NCBI RefSeq assembly: GCF_001949145.1
Contig: NW_019091355.1
Location: 3,640,646-3,704,645 of the forward strand
Length of the DNA: 64,000 bases
DNA from: Acanthaster planci
Taxonomy: Eukaryota
Direction of reading: 5' to 3'
Shown: positions 1 through 12,843 of the stretch, piece by piece
How positions within the stretch are numbered: position 1 is the stretch's first letter
How the letters are laid out: every line of letters starts with the position of its first letter
Notes under the pieces: generated by a model
What the model was told of the DNA's origin: nothing
What the model saw: only the letters and a program-made list of their open reading frames with translations
Databases searched by the model: none
Made by a program: the position numbers and the translations under genes

Positions 1-38
1 TGCAGCTTTCAAAATTGGGATTCCCGTTCATGACATTC

Positions 39-334
39 TGAGTCAATTTTAAGTGAATCATTTAGGCAGCGCATGAGTTCAATTACCAGTCTCTGAGTCA
101 CTGGGTTTGTGTTTAAGTCTGAGTCAAGAGTCATTTGGCATGAGTTCGGGTCAAGTCAGGACTCAGCTGGCTTGAGTTTGAGTGTAAGTCGAAAGTCACT
201 GACGTCAAATCTATATCATGTGTCACTTTGTTGATATTTAAACGTCGCTTGGTTTGAGTTTGAGTCAGAGTCGAGAGTCACATTGTTTGAGTCACTGAAA
301 TTGTGACTCAAGAGAGATTCCAATCAGAGTCCTG
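39..334. repeat. Degenerate GAGTC/TGAGTCA-rich repeat, likely a decayed repetitive element
   Basis: Many (t/a)gagt(c/t) units; perfect TGA(G/C)TCA at 39, 94, 120, 261, 288 and 304. Confidence 0.7.
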
Positions 335-454
335 GTTTGATCCTGAGTATGTTCACTGTAATTCTGGCTTTAGTCCAGTTAGCATGGAGAATCATTTCAA
401 GGCTCTTACAATTGTTTGACCTTCATGAAACTCATTTGTGGGACTACTGGCAAA

Positions 455-569
455 CTCCAAGTTTGTACCAAGATGCCCTCCAAGTTTGTACCAAGATGCC
501 CTCCAAGTTTGTACCAAGATGGCCTCCAAGTTTGTACCAAGATGCCCTCCAAGTTTGTACCAAGATGGC
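455..569. repeat. Minisatellite, 5 x 23 bp (CTCCAAGTTTGTACCAAGATG[C/G]C)
   Basis: Head-to-tail copies start at 455, 478, 501, 524 and 547, with one variable position and no spacers. Confidence 0.97.
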
Positions 570-3500
570 AGGTAACTTGATACAATGTGGCAGGTTTTAG
601 CAGCAGATAGTTCAAACAGTGCTTTTAGCAATTCTCCAAGAAAACATCAAACAATTAATGCCCCGGGGAGGGGGGGACGAAGAATAAAACAATTTCATAA
701 ATACACAGTGGGTGTTTATAAACATCGTTGGCAGAAAAAGGGTCCCGCTGGAGCATATCTGGATAAACTGTTGTCAATTTTCTATTCGATTTGTCACCGC
801 CTTTAAAGACAAGGTCATCGGAAGTACTCAGCTCGTAAATGACGACAATGAGACTGGCATAATCTGGCCCTGACCACGTGTGCCCACTTTCTCCCCAGTT
901 GGCATCTTTATCATCCCGTGATGTCTCTTTGGGAAGTGCATCGTTGTGACAGAAGGCAAACAAAATGGAAGGTAAATGCCTGACGGAACAACTCAATTTA
1001 GAAAAACACATAGAAAAATGACACCACCAAAAAAACAAAAACACATCTCAAGTGAAATAAACCCCCCAATATTGCAATTTTTGGTAAACAAGTCATGCAT
1101 CAGGTGCAAGGTGGCAAAAACCTCAAGAAGTACAGTGACCTTTCCCAAACTGCCCCTCCCCCCACTCCTCTTCAGAGCCAACAGGTGACACCCGTTATCA
1201 AAGCAGGAAAAGAAATGAAAATAACAGCCAGTCCTACAGAGTCAAAAGGTGGCTCAAGTTGTCAGAAACGAACATGGCATAAATCAGTCACCAATCCCGA
1301 ATAAATCTCTTCAAATTGCTTATTTTAGGTAAAGTGTGACTGCACTTTCAGCTCCCCCTCTTCCTTTATTCCCTCCTACTTTTTTTTTTCTTTTTGAGAG
1401 GTAAACAGACCTTGTTCCGATAATTACAATAATGCATCTATTGATATTGTGGTTGAGTGTGGCCAACAGTGCATGACCCATTGTCAGAGCAGAACCCACG
1501 CTGGGCACATCCGCAGAAAACTTGGGCTCTTCTCAGTGCAACACTCTCTCCCCTAGCCTCCTTTGATTTTGTTAGTGATCAAGAACAGTGAATCGGTTCC
1601 TCCCACCTCTCTGTCTATTGCAACCAACTTGTAAATGCAGATCCCACTTTAGTTTCCTCTCACTCGTTCTGGAGAGAGAAAAAAACTTTTTTGGGGGGAT
1701 GGGACGTAGGGGCAGCAAACATTTGCCTAACAAGTGGGGAGGAAAAAACCTGTTGAACTGAATTATTAAAACTATGTTAACAAGATTCCTTGAAGCTGGG
1801 GAGTCACTGAAGATGTGCAGGCTCTTTTGTTCACAACTGACCAATTTTCTGAACATGGCTGTTTCAGAACTTGTACATCTGTTGATTTACAGACCAGTAC
1901 ATATGCTGCCATAGACGACAGTGATAAATATCCACACTTCAAAAAGTCAGGGAAAATACAAGTTTCTCAGGTGTTCAAGAGACACATATCAAATTGAAGC
2001 TCACTTCCTCATCTTTCATTTTCCTTCCATTTTCAGTGGCTTAACTGATGACTTTTGAAGATATTTCTCTCCAGAGAAAACCACCCCTCAAAACAGTCTT
2101 GAGACCAACTGCCATTTTGAAAAGTGATACCTACATTCTATTGCAAGATAGTGCAATTGGAGGGCCCAGTTTGGTCCGATACTTTCAGAAATACAAGCTG
2201 GCAGTCCAGCTGGTAGATTCCATCCTCCTTAATGAACAAACCACCCAGACCACGTGCCGCAAATGCTCTAATACCAGAGAATTTGGCAGTCCAAAAAATT
2301 GTGAGTTGGCCTGCGCAGGCAGTTTTGGACCTATTTGCTGGCCTGCGACTGTAGGCCCATTGCAAGGATACAACCAGCAGGTATCTGTAAAGTATGGGCT
2401 AGGCCAGAAAGAGCCCACAAAGGTAGTGCCTCCATAAAGCGTATGATTTTGATAGCCCCTAATAAAACTAATGCACCCCCGTGTTCCTCTTGACTGCCAC
2501 TCTGCAGCTGCGTAAGGACTTTACCAATTTTGAGCCCCAGAAAAGGGTTAAAAATAAAGCAAAAACAAAATAAAGGTTCTCATTTTTGCAAGCTGTCTGT
2601 TCCAAGCATACGGAACTTGTCAAGACTGTGTACACTTTGCATTGCCAGTTATAGTGTTTATTTGTCTAAAGATATCAAAGCCTAAAGAAAAATTTGCAGG
2701 GGTTTGGAAATAACAGTAAGGATTCTCTGACAAGTCTCCTGCGGTATTAATGGCACAAAGCAAGGAGTCCACATTATCTACAGCATGAATCCGATGAAAA
2801 AGAACGAACCAACGCCACACCAAAAACCTCCTGTGAGAGAATAGCCACACGGATACAGGAGAGCTGAAATGTCGAAGAGACACATAGTAAGCGAGCAACA
2901 AACCGCACGACACCATAAATCTGTCTGGCCGGCGAAGAGGAGACAGTCACAGGTGGTGCTGGCACCAGGGCAACCATGATGTAGACATCATCAATCACAA
3001 GAACAAAGCCGAACCCCACTCTTGGGAGGATAAGGAAAGGAAAAAAGTACACCAAAGAATCCACAGAACGGATCCCGACTGGGCAGCCAGCCACGCAATG
3101 AACTGTGTTCGGGACAAGCTGGTGTAGGAAAGTATCCTGTGCTTCCGTGGCAACAGTGAGCCAATGCGGCCTTAAAAATATAACTGCACGGTCACATTTA
3201 ATATGACCTTCAGGAGAAACAACACAAGCGTGAAATCTACACTGGTCGGGGGGGGACCATGGGTAACACAAGATTTTATGGAATTAAACAGAAACATGGA
3301 ATAACATTGAAACACCAAATTTGATCCAAAAACTGCCCCCCCTAAAAAACAATTGAACTGAAAAATGCAGTGATGAAAGGACAGAATTTCTGATTTCCTT
3401 GAGGACAATTTTTTTCATGGTACCCTCATGTCAAGGGCGCAATCCCGATCTTACATAATAAACAGACTTGCAAGGGCTGTTTACTAAACTGCTTATTCCA

Positions 3501-6500
3501 ATCCCGAGACCCACTACACTTTTTCCCAGGAAACTGCACAGCATTTGGTGATACTATGTTTCATAAAATACTTGTCCTAACTGACTCCAGCGACTGAGCG
3601 TTACTCTTCTGCCACTGTCATGATTTTTGCTGAAGAAGAGTTGCACCTTGGGAAACAAATTATTGTAATACAGGTTTGGGGACACAAATGCTTTTATTTT
3701 CTTCAACCCTACCTGCAGAACGCACATGCAAAAAAACAAAACAAACGCCAACAAACAAGAGCACCCACACCAAGATATCATCCACAAAAACCTGACATTC
3801 TTTTTGGAAGAAACATTCACTTCTACACTTCCGATTCTCCCATTCAACAACATTCAGGTTCCTCTTTTTTTGTTGTCAAAACACTGCCCATCCCATTATA
3901 TGGTCAGACCCGTTTACAGAGAGAGTTGCAACACGAGAGCGTCAATTATTGGAACCAAAATGGTGGATAATGGGTCAGTGAACATGGACAATTCGCACAT
4001 AATGGCTGCATGCTGTACTGAACACACAACGAACAGCCATTTGGGTACACAAAGTCTGAAGTTGGCACTACTCTCTCTGCGCACAGCTCTGCATATTTGC
4101 CAGGTCTTCCGCGAAAATGAAGCAGAGAATCACTTTCGCATTAACCAAAGCAAATTGCATGTAACTGACGAGGGAATGCGACTGCTGATAATTCCACTGT
4201 CTAGGAATGCCAGGGCAGTCATAAATTACAAGAACTAATCAATTGTGCAAGTGCTATCCCCTGACGGAGGGTGAGTGATCACTATTTCTTATTACATCTA
4301 TCATTTTTTAGTATTCCAAGCCACGCCATTTGCAGGGGTGAGATTGACCAATGATACAAATAGCTGAAAACAGCTGGAAAAATGGCATGAGGAAGCTGAA
4401 CTGTGAAAATCTCCTCTACTTTTGTACACAGCCAGTGAGGAAAAAAAGCTGAAATCCAAAACAAGAAAGAGCTGAAATCAGCTAAAGAGCTGAAAAATCT
4501 TTCTTTCTTTACTTTTTTTAAAGGGTGTCTGAAATTGTCATTCTTTAACAACAGGAACCAGAATACAAGTAAAAAAAAAAGAGAACCAAATTTTTCTTCT
4601 TTTTGGGGAGTTGGACGATCATAAATTCAGCATTCTTCAATGACATATGTTTAATGCATTTTCTTTAAGTTGACTTTCCCAAATTAGTTTTCACACTGCA
4701 AAACAATACACCCCCTCACGTCTGCCGGACATCCCCTAGCTTTCAACTCACCCCCCCCTTCCCTGACCCTTGCACTGGCTTCGTCAAACCATCTCCTGCA
4801 TTACAGGATAGCAGTGGGCCAGCCGAATAAAGCAATTCATATGTCAACCCCCTTAGTAATTGTGCTTTCATTTCTAAATAGTCGCCCGCGAATCCTCGGC
4901 GGGGTTAGCGCCACGGGCAAGCAAACATTACACAAATTACCCCCTTCCTCCGGTAGGCCTACTCCGCGCCAGGGTAGAATGAGACAGCAATCTCTTTGCC
5001 AAACACAGGATTCTTCAGACCGATAAAAGGGAAGACGAAAGACGGTGGGGGGGGGAAAGAGAGAATCTTGTTCGGTGAGGAAATTATACGGCCATGCACC
5101 AAAAACAACAGAGTATTTCCAGCCGAAGTAAGGCGATACTGTGGGGAGTTCGACGAGACTCCCTCCCCACTTCTCTCTCCCCCTTTTCCCCCCATATATG
5201 AAACCCCTCCCCAGGGCGGATCCCCTAAGCACAGATTACCCATAAGGCCGAGGTTGAACAAACACAAAGGAGGAAAAGAAGGGGGGGGGAAAAAAAAAAA
5301 AAAAAGCAGGCAAAAAGAAGATATGACACATGCGGCGCCGAGCCAGCACACATGTCCGGCAGCACACTTTCGCTTTTGCAACAAATGTCTCTTTGTGAGA
5401 CTAGGACAAGACAGGAGGAGTAAGAACAACAGAAAGAAAAGACGAGGGAAAAAGGGGGAAAAGGAAAGGGGTCTGGGAATAAGAGACCATGGGCAAAGGA
5501 AGAAAAGAAGTATAAAAAAAAAAAAGAGAAAAAAAAACTTATCCACCAAATTCCATGGAGGAATCTTGTGAGCAGTAATAACCCAGATTGGACGACTTCT
5601 TAACCCAATAATACAAATCTCTTTTGCCGATGGCCAGAGTGAAGATATCAAAGGAGAGAGGGAAAAGGCCCTCCTCGGAGTGGCAAAAAAAAATTGTATT
5701 TCTTTGTTGTTTTTTTTCCCACAGTCTGTGGAAGGACACAGGATGTCAATGAAAGGGGGGAAAATAATCTGAAAGGATTCTGCTCTCTCTCTTTGTTTGG
5801 CTCTCCGCTCACTCGTTCCAGGTTTGATGGAGATGAGCTACAAAAGAGAAATTGAATTCCTAACCTAAAACCAGCCTCTAAGTAAATGCAAAACTACCAA
5901 AAAAAAATGAACACAAGTTACCGACAAAGTCATATTTTTCATGCTCAGAATGATTTTTATCTTTACCTAATATTCTCTGGGAAAGCGATCAAAACTTGCT
6001 TCCAAGGACTTAAAATGCTTTAGTAAGCCTCCTTTTTTTCATCTTCTTACACTGCATTTTACATTGTATCATATCACACACATTGGCTTATTGGAACAAA
6101 AATTACTCTACACTATAATGCTACAGACCAAACTTTCCATGGCTTTGTGTCTTTTGTCTGACATCTCTAAGACAACTCATGCCTGGAAATTATTCATCAA
6201 ATCAGAGCAGAAACCCGCCAGAGAGGCACGAGTCTCCTTACTGGTTTGGGCCAAGCTAAAAACAACAATGATTAAGCTCTGTGATTTCTAAGATCGAGAG
6301 GGCAAAATTCATGCATTACGTTTCCCTCTTGGCATTCCTGATTAGACACATTACAATTGATTATTTGCCTTTTCAATCAGTTGGAGACTCATAGCTGAGA
6401 GAAAAAAGAAAAAAAATTCACCCCTCTGTCTTCCAAAATGGTGAATAATTAAATGAAGCACCGGCAACCGGTTATGAATGTTTTAAGAGATCTAGGCAAG

Positions 6501-9500
6501 ACTTGGAAGGGCACACGCAAAGGCAGATGATAGCTCACTTCGGGGTTGACTGGATGATGCACTTGGCTGGTTTAAAGAGGGCCAGCTCTGTTTTTTTTTT
6601 CCCAATGCCACTTTGAACTTCGATGACCTTCGGCTTGCTTACAAGTACCCGCCCCCCCCACAAAAGTGCCCCATACACTGTATTGACAAATCCGGCGACC
6701 AGTATCAGGAGCGTTTACTGAGGGGCCATCCTGTGTGCACGCAGGTGGTACGCGGGCGTTGCATTTCTCTCCCACCAAACGGGTGTTGTGACTTGCTAAA
6801 TGCGCACAAGCGCTCACGTTCAAACCCGTGCGTGAGTGCGATGTCCCCGCAGGAATGGCGTCTCCTCAGATTTGTCTGTGCTGAAGCCACAGCTTTCAGC
6901 ATGACGTATGTGGGTAAATGTAAACATCTTGCACTCACATAGAATTACTCGCACTCTGCTCAACTCAGAAACAATGATGTACCTCAGAAAGCCGAGACAA
7001 ATGTCCACTTGAATGTGATGCTCAGACGACATCGATGCCATTAGAAATGAAGGCCCAGGGCAAGTTAATTTGGGTTGTGGTTGTAGCTCCGTGTACCTAA
7101 TGTGGTCTAAGATCTGTTTCAAGATCCTTTCAGAAATTTGTTGCCGGCAAGTGGTATGAAGTGAGAGTCCTTTTTGGTTACTACTGTCCGACCTTTAGCG
7201 CTACAGGTTATGGTTCATGACCTTTAACTGACAACGTATCACGGTACATCGCATCTTGCAAACAGTTTAAAGAGATCCATGTATTTATGCACGCCCAACT
7301 CCTTTTCCTTGAGAACCCACCCACATGCACAAGTACGGCACCAGCACACAAATCAATGTTTCAAAATTTATCACCTCTTGCATAAAAAATGAATTGAGCC
7401 AGAAAGAGAGAGAGCGTATGAGATCTGAACCCCCCCTCCCCACATACTTCCAAGACTACCCGTAGGCCACGGACAAGAGAGGAGATTGGCGTATGATGGA
7501 TGGCTGTTGGTTTTGCGCACGATTCGATTTCCGTTGGATTATTCAAAAGGAATCAGGGGGAAAATCCACACTGTGCTCAGACTGCAATGGAAGGAGGGGG
7601 GGGATAGTGCAAGATTGAAAGATCTCCCGCTGATCCCCAATTTGTGTTGTGAATAACGCTGGGGAGGACAGTGGCTATTTTTCATCGCTGTCGCCGTTGT
7701 TCGTCTTCCTCTAGAATCGGTCATCCCCTCTATCCACCATCTCACTCACTCTCTCCCTCCTCTCTGTCGTTCGACCCCCGTCTCCTACGAGATTCTCCTT
7801 GCATCCTTATCTCATCATCGCTTGCCTCCGGTCCACAGAGCTGTTGTCCATCGTACATTTTCTTTGTATCATAGGAACCTAAGTTACTTTTTTTTTTCCA
7901 ATCATGGATCGAGTATCAAATGCAGTGACAGGAAACTATGCAGGATAAATAAAGCATTCTCATAAAGTACTGCTTCTCAAAACTGGCGGGGGGGGGAGGG
8001 ATATAGCATGAAATCAGAGCACCTTCATCAGTCCCAGCAATCCCTCCCCAAAATGAAAGTCACCCACCAACAGCATTACCTGATGCTTACTCACGATGGC
8101 TTTGGATCACGATGGCATCTGTGGATCAGCTTTGACTTAAGTGTGACTCCAACGGAATCCAGTTGACTAGATATCCAAACAAGCTGTGTTTGCTTTCAAA
8201 ACGCACCATTTCCCAGAACACTCAAAAGAATACAATTGTGAATCCGTTTTTGGCATCATGTTGGAATATTAACAAGGAGCATCTGAGTAATCCAAATGGT
8301 TAACATGCCGCTTTGGCAACGGCGGCTTGTTACTGTGGAGCTTTTCTTTCCGGTTTGAAGAAACAAAATGCATCCCAGGTGTTAACAAAACAGGAGCTTT
8401 GGTGAAACAAGACAACTATTGACAGAGATGGACACAAGACATCCTCAAACAATGCGGTGGCTCTGCCTTCACGTTCTGCCCCCTCGCGAGAGTTGTAGGC
8501 GAGGGGGCAGGGAAGCTAACCACTTTAACCCCAATGTCACCCAGTTCACCCCCCCCCTTTACGGTTTCATGGTATCCTCCTTAAAAACAGATCCCAACTC
8601 CCTCGCCATGGCTATACAATCTCTGAACAGCACAGTTACTCAACAAGGACTGAAACACTGCCCAAAAACCTGCCAAGAAAATGTTTAACCAGTCAGAATA
8701 ATATCTCTAAACACCCCTCATTCCGGTTAGTTGGATAACAGCCCCTTTTTCCAGATCAAACATAAAGCAGCATTCACAGGCAAAGAAAGAGGCCCAAACC
8801 CTTTGCATGCACCCCTATAAACAGAACTAAGCTTTTTTTCTTTTGTTTTTTTCTCCTTCCTCCATCTAGGCCGAAGACAGCGCCAGCTCTCTGACCCCGA
8901 GTAACCTTTTCCGGGGGAAGATTAATAGTGGGATTAGTGGGATGTTCACCTTGTCTCTGGCACCCCCTGGGGTCCCTTCCTATGAAATATTGAACACCCC
9001 GCATATCACAAAATGTAGCACTTCTGGTCAAAAAAAAAAAAAAAACACACTATGGCCATGCTGAAATAAAGTGCTGTTTAATGTGAAGTTTTATTTTAAG
9101 AGAGTGCTTCGAGGATTTGTCTCTCTGCTTGTTTCTTTCCTTGGTCGTTTGTTTGGGGAAAATGGGGTGGAGAGAGCACAAAATTGAGAAACGGATCAGT
9201 TTGTCCACAGCGCAAGTTGGATCAGATCTGAGCTTGAAAGATCCCGCCTCAAGACATTTCTTTTTCTAAAATCTGTCTCACTGCAGAGATACAGTGTACC
9301 TGTACCTCCCTTTTTTGCACGAGGTCTGATTGGAATTGTAAATCAAATCAAAATTTGTACAGTTTCCTTTGAAACAAGCCCCCTCCCCCCACACAACTTG
9401 AATACCCCAATCCCCACAATCACACACACACACACACACAAAGAACAAGGGAAAAAAAATTGCCAAACCGCTTCAGAAACATGAATTTCAACACGCCTCA

Positions 9501-11718
9501 GATTGTTCAAGGGAAAGAGGAAACATTCTGTAACTCAATTAAAGTGGTTTGCACTAACAATTTTCCAACTGGGAATATTTACTCTGTGACGAGATTTACT
9601 CACATCAGTTCAACTGATTAGAGAATCAATGAAGTGTAAAACCCGAGTCTCAGTCGATCAATACACAAGAGAAAAGAGAGTTGGGGGGAAAAAAAGCAAT
9701 GACTGTCCTTGGTATTTCCAGTCAAAATGCAGTTTCTTCAAATCATATCTCAACCGTTAATTCATTCAAGTTCCAACCCGTCAGGGTTGTGTCTGGTGGT
9801 GCATCGTGAAATTTAATGACTCGTATAAAAATGTAGCTGTTTAAACTTGACACCAGAAATATCATATCTGTCTATCACATGTACGTCGACCCTTCACACC
9901 ATCTGCTGATGTTTTTGTGTTGCTTCTAAGGGTGGGTGATTATAAAACTGCAATCCAGTAGCGCTAGAGTCGTTTTAGAAAATTAACCCCAAACAGTGTC
10001 TTAATTTTCCTAACAGGGTGTAAAATTGTACAGTCGACAATGTGTCAAGTTTCAGTGGGAGTCCTCATTTAATTGAAGTCTCGCATGAGCCTGTACTTAT
10101 TTGTAGTTTAATTGTTTGCCCATTTTTACGGGTTTGGTTTCTCAAATTCTTAAGGCCGACAATGCTAGCATAATCAGGCTTTGTTACAGAGAAAAAATGT
10201 TTTGGGCAAAGAGCTACAGGGTGTGACAAAATTTGAAATATTGCTTTTTGGTCTTCCAAATGTAGGTTGAGTAATTAGGTAGATTACAGTGTGGGAAAAT
10301 TAATGTTATGTCTGCAAGCTGTCTCAAGCAAATTGCGTTAAAAATTGCAAAGATCCCAGGCACGCATACGATCTGCCTGATAAAAAAACAGTGGTCACGC
10401 TTGATAACAAAATAAGGGTCTGAAAGTGAGTACACTGGTAAAGTGAAGAAAAAGAATGATAAATCAAAAGAGACTAAATTCAGTCCAGGCAACTTGACCA
10501 CTGGCGTCAGCCAACTACATTAACAACTCGAGAACACAAACTTAATGTGCTGAGTGTCCCTGGCGCGGTGTGTGTGCGCGCGCGTGTACGTGTGAATGTG
10601 CTGCTAGGCTGGCTTGGGCAATTTTGGGGGCTGTAATGAAATTAATGATTAAGCCCTTCTGGCGACAGCCGGGGCCCCTTGCCAGACGCTAAACGGTTCC
10701 TGGTCTGTGTTAATGAATAAACAGGGAGCCAATCAGCCCCGGCAAAGGGGGGGAAACGTAAAAGTTGGCCAAGAATCCCGTTGCTAGTTCTTTCTGCGGT
10801 ACGTGCAAATCGAGAGAAGCAGAATTTTAGCAACTATAGGTTCTTCCTTCCCATCTTTCGCAAAGCACCTAGAACCGGCACAAAGGGTTTGACATTCTGG
10901 GCAACCTGCATGACCACAGGGGCTAAATAGTAAACTCAAGAAATCCACTATGACAGGGAGATCAACCAAAATCACAGCACAAAGTGTCCAACCGAGGGGG
11001 GAAAATATCACTCGGTGGCAGGTGAGGGGGGGAAAAACTACTTTTTTTTTTTTTAAAGTGCAAAGACAAAATACACAGATGCTGGTACCCAACTGGCTAC
11101 GAAATCCTAGCCCATAACTGGTAGTTCCCAGATGAGATTTCTGGAATTTGTACAAGAAAAACAAACAAACAAAAAACCAACAGGCATTCAAAGAGTTGGC
11201 GGTCATGGTCACTACAAAATGACACTTCAATCCAAAGACTCCGTCAAATCTGCCTGGTAAGTGCCTGTGCTGCGCACACACACAGACTTCTGACTGGACC
11301 GAAATATGGCAGACCACACCAGAGTGGGCCCCTCTTGCCTCTAAAGATTAGCTGAATTTGTACACAGCTTAACCGTCTCTAGACCTCAACATGTGGCAAT
11401 GACAGTATCATTAGCTGGTGATTTTTGGGCGGAGAAGGGCAGGGGGACGGGACTATTTCTCTTCTTTTAAATCAAACTTCATTTGTAGGTAGCCGAATCA
11501 ATTATCTCCAGTCTAATATCATTACATGTCTACTGGAAGAAATAATGATGAAGATGTACGAAGATACACCCCTTTTTCTCCGTACAAAGAAAACCGACGC
11601 ACACAAATGAATACGGGTTGTGAAAACTCGCTCCATCCATGTAGGTAAGGATGATGGCTGGAAACAGTTTGGGGAAAGGCGCGGGAGGCGAACGGCAGCG
11701 AAGGGGGGGGGAGCGTAC

Positions 11719-11884
11719 CTGAGTTGTCGCTGGGGTTCTTGTCCTTCTTCTTCTTCTTTTTCTTGCCGTGCATTGCGTAGTTGTCGCGAGCCGTCCAGGT
11801 GGGGTACAGCTGCATGTGCAACTGTCGCTCCTTACGGGCCAGCTCGTAGTACTTCGCCTGCTCTTCCCGGGAGAGTGCGTGCCA
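11719..11884 (-). CDS. TCF: TCF/LEF HMG box, C-terminal half plus basic tail/[58 protein letters not shown]
   Basis: Acceptor cag|TGG at the conserved GRR|WHAL intron position and donor CAG|gtacgc; 166 nt, phase 0 to phase 1. Near-identical to the TCF/LEF HMG consensus. Confidence 0.97.
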
Positions 11885-12671
11885 CTGTCCCCGACGGGGA
11901 ATCGATCAGAAATCAAAAGAGAAAATCAAATTAACCCTTTCAAACCCACACACGCACGCACGAGAAAAATCAATTTCTGCGCGTCAGAAGTTTCTGGTGG
12001 GGGAGGGGGGGTTGGGGAGAACAAAAGGCAGAAGGGAAGAGCGACATCGGGGATTGAGCAAGACCTGAGCCAAGCTCTGTTGTGCGCATTCACAGAAAAT
12101 CCTTCTCTTACAAACTCCGCATGTGGCCAACAAGAGGAAAGGCTTAACTGACACAATAACATGCAGTCTACCGTTGAAAGAGCAGCTACACATAATGCCA
12201 AGATATGTGTCCAAGAAATTCATTCTCAAGACAGAACTGGCTTCCTTCCATACATCTGATGCTAGAGGATTTGTTTGTTTCTCCTTTGACACGATCACAT
12301 GAGCCATCCTATCATTCGATTAAGTCTTTAACCATCATGGATTCTAGCTGAACGGTCCTGGTGAAACCTGACAATTTCCAGCTGCCCTTTCAGCCAATTT
12401 TTTTGAGGGGAGGGGACCAGGGCATGTCTGAAATTGTGATTTGCTGTATATTTGAAAACTGGACTCGAAGTATGCTTCACATTCTAAAATTCTTTCTGAA
12501 GAAAAGTGTCACATGCACCTCTTCCAACAAAAAGAGAGAGAAAGTTAGTAAATTTAAAAACACTTAAGGAAGCACTTTACTCTGAAAATGACAGTAAAAA
12601 CCCTCACATCGTTTTTGAGTCATTTATTTGGACACTGAAGAGACAACATGGACTGTGAAACTCAGACTCAC

Positions 12672-12843
12672 CCTCCTTCCCAGGATCTGGTTGATGGCAG
12701 CACTTTCCTTGAGCGTGCACTCCTTGACCACACTCGCTCGCTTCTCCTTCATGTACAGCATGAATGCGTTGAGTGGCTTCTTGATGTGTGGCGGCCGCCG
12801 CTTGTCTGAATGCTTGGACTCCTTCTCTTTGGGTGGGGGTTGT
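12672..12843 (-). CDS. TCF: TCF/LEF HMG box, N-terminal half: [57 protein letters not shown]
   Basis: Acceptor cctcctctgccccgcag| and donor AGG|gtgagt; 172 nt, phase 2 to phase 0. [15 protein letters not shown] and [16 protein letters not shown] are diagnostic for the TCF/LEF HMG box. Confidence 0.98.

Noticed and set aside
455..569. 23-bp repeats as a CRISPR array
   Set aside because: Repeats are contiguous with no spacers, there are no cas genes, and the context is eukaryotic; this is a minisatellite.
2774..4238. ORFs of 165-170 aa as a separate gene
   Set aside because: No recognisable homology, no consistent exon chain, and composition typical of non-coding DNA.
4959..5651. Longest ORFs (230 aa minus, 191 aa plus)
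   Set aside because: Low-complexity F/L or K/R/G products of a purine-rich tract; no recognisable domain.
8774..9031. AVFGLDGGRRKK as a C-clamp remnant
   Set aside because: None of the cysteines are present and the basic run derives from a poly-T tract.
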